Assembly: GCF_000015225.1 (NCBI RefSeq)
Contig: NC_008698.1
Location: 1,020,001 to 1,052,000, forward strand
From: Thermofilum pendens Hrk 5
GTDB lineage: Archaea > Thermoproteota > Thermoprotei > Thermofilales > Thermofilaceae
Length of the DNA stretch: 32,000 bases
Direction of reading: 5' to 3'
Below, one piece after another: positions 30,381-32,000 of this stretch. The notes beneath the pieces were generated by a model. That model saw only the letters and a program-made list of their open reading frames with translations, was not told the DNA's origin and made no database searches. Numbering within the stretch: position 1 is the first letter of the stretch; each line of letters starts with the position of its first letter. Both the position numbers and the translations under genes were made by a program.

Positions 30381-31397
30381 CTAAGAGGTGCCGCACACCC
30401 TCCCGCGCGCGGCGTAGCCGTTGGCCTTCAGCTTTTCGACGCCCCTTCTGAAAGCTTCTCTGAGCTCGCCCGCCCTCTCCTCGGGGAGACCGTCGTACGT
30501 GAACACCCAGCCTCCCCACTCTATCCCTGCAGGGTACTTCAGCTTGTCGGCAGACCTGTGAACCGGGTAGAACTCTACGTGGAGGTGTAGGGAGCCCTCA
30601 TCCCTACAGGGGGACTGGTGGAAGACCATGATGTAGGGCAGGCTGAAGCCGAAGAGAGAGTTGTACGCGGCAACAGTCACGCGTAGAGCGTCCGCCAGGG
30701 AGACCCTCTCGTCGCTACTCAGCGTGTTTAGGCTTCCAACGTGCCTCTTCGGGTACACGTGAAGCTCGTAAGGCCACATCGCGAAGAACGGTAAGAAGAC
30801 CAGGAAATGCTCGTTCTCGTAGACGGTCCTCGCGCCTTCCTCTGCTTCGAGCTCCAGCACGTGGCAGAACAGGCACCCGCCCCTCTTCTCCCTGAACTCC
30901 CGGGCCATCGCCATCTCCCGGCTTACCCTCGGGGGTACGAAGGGGAGAACGTAGACCTGGCTGTGGGGGTGTGTCAGGGAGACGCCTATGACCTCCCCCT
31001 TGTTCCTGAAAGGTAGCACGTACGCCACTCTTTCGTCCCGGCACTCCTCCTCCGTTACCCTGCCGAGAGACTCCAAGTACTTGACGAGGTTCTCAAAGGG
31101 TATCGAGTCGAGGTCTCCCTCGTGCTCCGGCGTCTCTACGACGACCTTCGCGGCTCCGTAAGCCTCCCTAACGACGTACAAGTCCCTGGAACTCCTGGAG
31201 ACGCGGGCATCGCGTCGCAACGCTGGGAATTTGTTGTCGAGCACCAGTACGTCCCAGCCGTACCCCGTCTCCTCGCTCCCAGGGCAGAACGGGCACTTCT
31301 CGACGCGCCTCCACGGACGCCTAGCCCTCGAGCTCGAGACTATGACCCAGCAACCCAGTACGGGGTTCCACCTTAACTCGTTGTAACTGTCCTCCAC
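30381..31397 (-). CDS. galT: Galactose-1-phosphate uridylyltransferase
   Basis: Zn-site CPFCPG and active-site HPHSQV (His-Pro-His). 338 aa with a GTG start. Confidence 0.9.
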   Translation of the reverse strand: MEDSYNELRWNPVLGCWVIVSSSRARRPWRRVEKCPFCPGSEETGYGWDVLVLDNKFPALRRDARVSRSSRDLYVVREAYGAAKVVVETPEHEGDLDSIPFENLVKYLESLGRVTEEECRDERVAYVLPFRNKGEVIGVSLTHPHSQVYVLPFVPPRVSREMAMAREFREKRGGCLFCHVLELEAEEGARTVYENEHFLVFLPFFAMWPYELHVYPKRHVGSLNTLSSDERVSLADALRVTVAAYNSLFGFSLPYIMVFHQSPCRDEGSLHLHVEFYPVHRSADKLKYPAGIEWGGWVFTYDGLPEERAGELREAFRRGVEKLKANGYAARGRVCGTS

Positions 31398-31414
31398 GCG
31401 CTAGACCAGGTCGC

Positions 31415-31421
31415 AAAAAAA
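31415..31421 (-). terminator. Oligo-T (T7 on the minus strand) after the small membrane protein gene
   Basis: A7 on the plus strand, 23 nt downstream (minus sense) of the stop at 31444. It also lies within the galT upstream region. Confidence 0.35.
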
Positions 31422-31443
31422 CAAATAGTTTTACGCGGGGGCT

Positions 31444-31761
31444 TTAGAGGAGCGTCGGCAGGAAGAGGCCGAACAGCGCGTTGATTAGGTATACGAGCAC
31501 GGCGAGAACCGCTGCTCCGAGCCACCCTACCCCCTGGATCTTTCGCAGGGCGTAGAGCCATACGAGTATCGCTAACAGCGTCCCAAACGGTATGTGAAGT
31601 ACTTTGAAGACCCAGAAGATGAGCGCTCCGATGAGCGCTGTTAGGAAGGCGCCAGGGATGGACTCTGCCTTCTGCTTTCCCGGGAAGAGCTTCAGCGCAA
31701 GCCACACGGCGATGCCCGAGACGATCCAGCCTACCAGGAAGTTCACTATGCCGATCTGCAT
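31444..31761 (-). CDS. Small integral membrane protein (105 aa, ~4 TM), function unknown
   Basis: Clean hydrophobic periodicity, an ATG start 25-32 nt from a TATA-like box, and an oligo-T tract after the stop. Confidence 0.6.
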   Translation of the reverse strand: MQIGIVNFLVGWIVSGIAVWLALKLFPGKQKAESIPGAFLTALIGALIFWVFKVLHIPFGTLLAILVWLYALRKIQGVGWLGAAVLAVLVYLINALFGLFLPTLL

Positions 31762-31785
31762 GCAAAAATATCTTCGCAGAAGGAC

Positions 31786-31793
31786 TTTTATAC
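31786..31793. promoter_or_regulatory. Single TATA-like element in the 52-nt divergent region between the membrane protein gene and galK
   Basis: TTTTATAC/GTATAAAA lies 21-28 nt from GTG 31814 (plus strand) and 25-32 nt from ATG 31761 (minus strand). Confidence 0.4.
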
Positions 31794-31813
31794 ATTACGG
31801 GGGATATCCGCTC

Positions 31814-32000
31814 GTGGCGGGAGGGAGGTTCACTGCATCGGCTCCGGGTAGGGTGGATTTCCTGAACACGCACCAGGACTACAAGGGGCTCCCGGTCGTA
31901 CCCGTAGCTATAAACCTGCGTACGTACGTGGATGTTCTGGGAAGGAGCGAGCTGTTCGAGGTTAAAAGCGAGGCTCTGTGCGCGGAGGGCTTAGAGTGCG
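31814..32000 (+). CDS. galK: Galactokinase (GHMP kinase), 5' fragment running off the window
   Basis: Not in the ORF track. My own translation from GTG 31814 is open to nt 32000 and reads VAGGRFTASAPGRVDFLNTHQDYKGLPVVPVAINL, matching the galactokinase signature (PGRVNLIGEHTDY...P.AI). An in-frame ATG at 31760 is a less likely start. Confidence 0.7.
   Translation, partial: MAGGRFTASAPGRVDFLNTHQDYKGLPVVPVAINLRTYVDVLGRSELFEVKSEALCAEGLEC

Noticed and set aside
31373-31873. A 166-aa minus-strand ORF spanning the galT start, the small membrane protein gene and the divergent promoter.
   Set aside because: It overlaps three better-supported features in a different frame, and its translation is Arg/Pro/Ser-rich.
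1-32000. A scan for tRNA or rRNA genes, CRISPR arrays, transposases or integrases, toxin-antitoxin pairs and known defence-system genes.
   Set aside because: None recognised. Every intergenic region is 190 nt or shorter, and all large ORFs have metabolic, transport or regulatory assignments, or are membrane proteins.

Overview
GC-rich, tightly packed chromosome segment with archaeal (crenarchaeal-type) signatures. AT-rich TATA-like boxes sit about 25 nt upstream of many start codons. GGTG-type ribosome-binding motifs and 4-nt stop/start overlaps occur inside operons. There is also a LacS-type GH1 enzyme and an MJ0570/DUF71 protein. Content in order: (1) the 3' part of a complex-I-like nuo operon (nuoI-J-K-M-L-N, 1-6002). 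(2) A glutamine synthetase. (3) A ~12 kb island (7.4-20 kb) encoding a complete mannose-family phosphotransferase system: HPr, Enzyme I, separate IIA and IIB, and a fused IIC-IID. These are interleaved with NagA, a full-length GlmS paralog lacking the catalytic Cys, a UPF0309 SIS protein, a ceramidase-like hydrolase, a Gfo/Idh/MocA oxidoreductase, an unassigned operon-leading protein and a HAD phosphatase. (4) A PurR-like (wHTH + PRTase domain) putative regulator divergent from an ECF-type transporter (membrane protein, EcfT, fused double ATPase). (5) A translationally coupled operon of UPRT-like PRTase, DUF71 PP-loop amidoligase and class-I glutamine amidotransferase. (6) A glycoside/galactose module: MFS permease + GH1 beta-glycosidase, a membrane-anchored wHTH protein, GalT, a small membrane protein and the 5' end of GalK. 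I recognised no rRNA, tRNA, CRISPR array or mobile element. PTS systems are rare in Archaea. The combination seen here matches what I recall of Thermofilum pendens, whose 2008 genome paper reported the first crenarchaeal PTS, but I cannot verify organism identity without a search. The best candidates for undescribed biology are the non-canonical enzymes wired to the PTS, the PRTase-DUF71-GATase operon and the membrane-tethered wHTH protein. All product calls rest on motif recognition by eye, with no database search.
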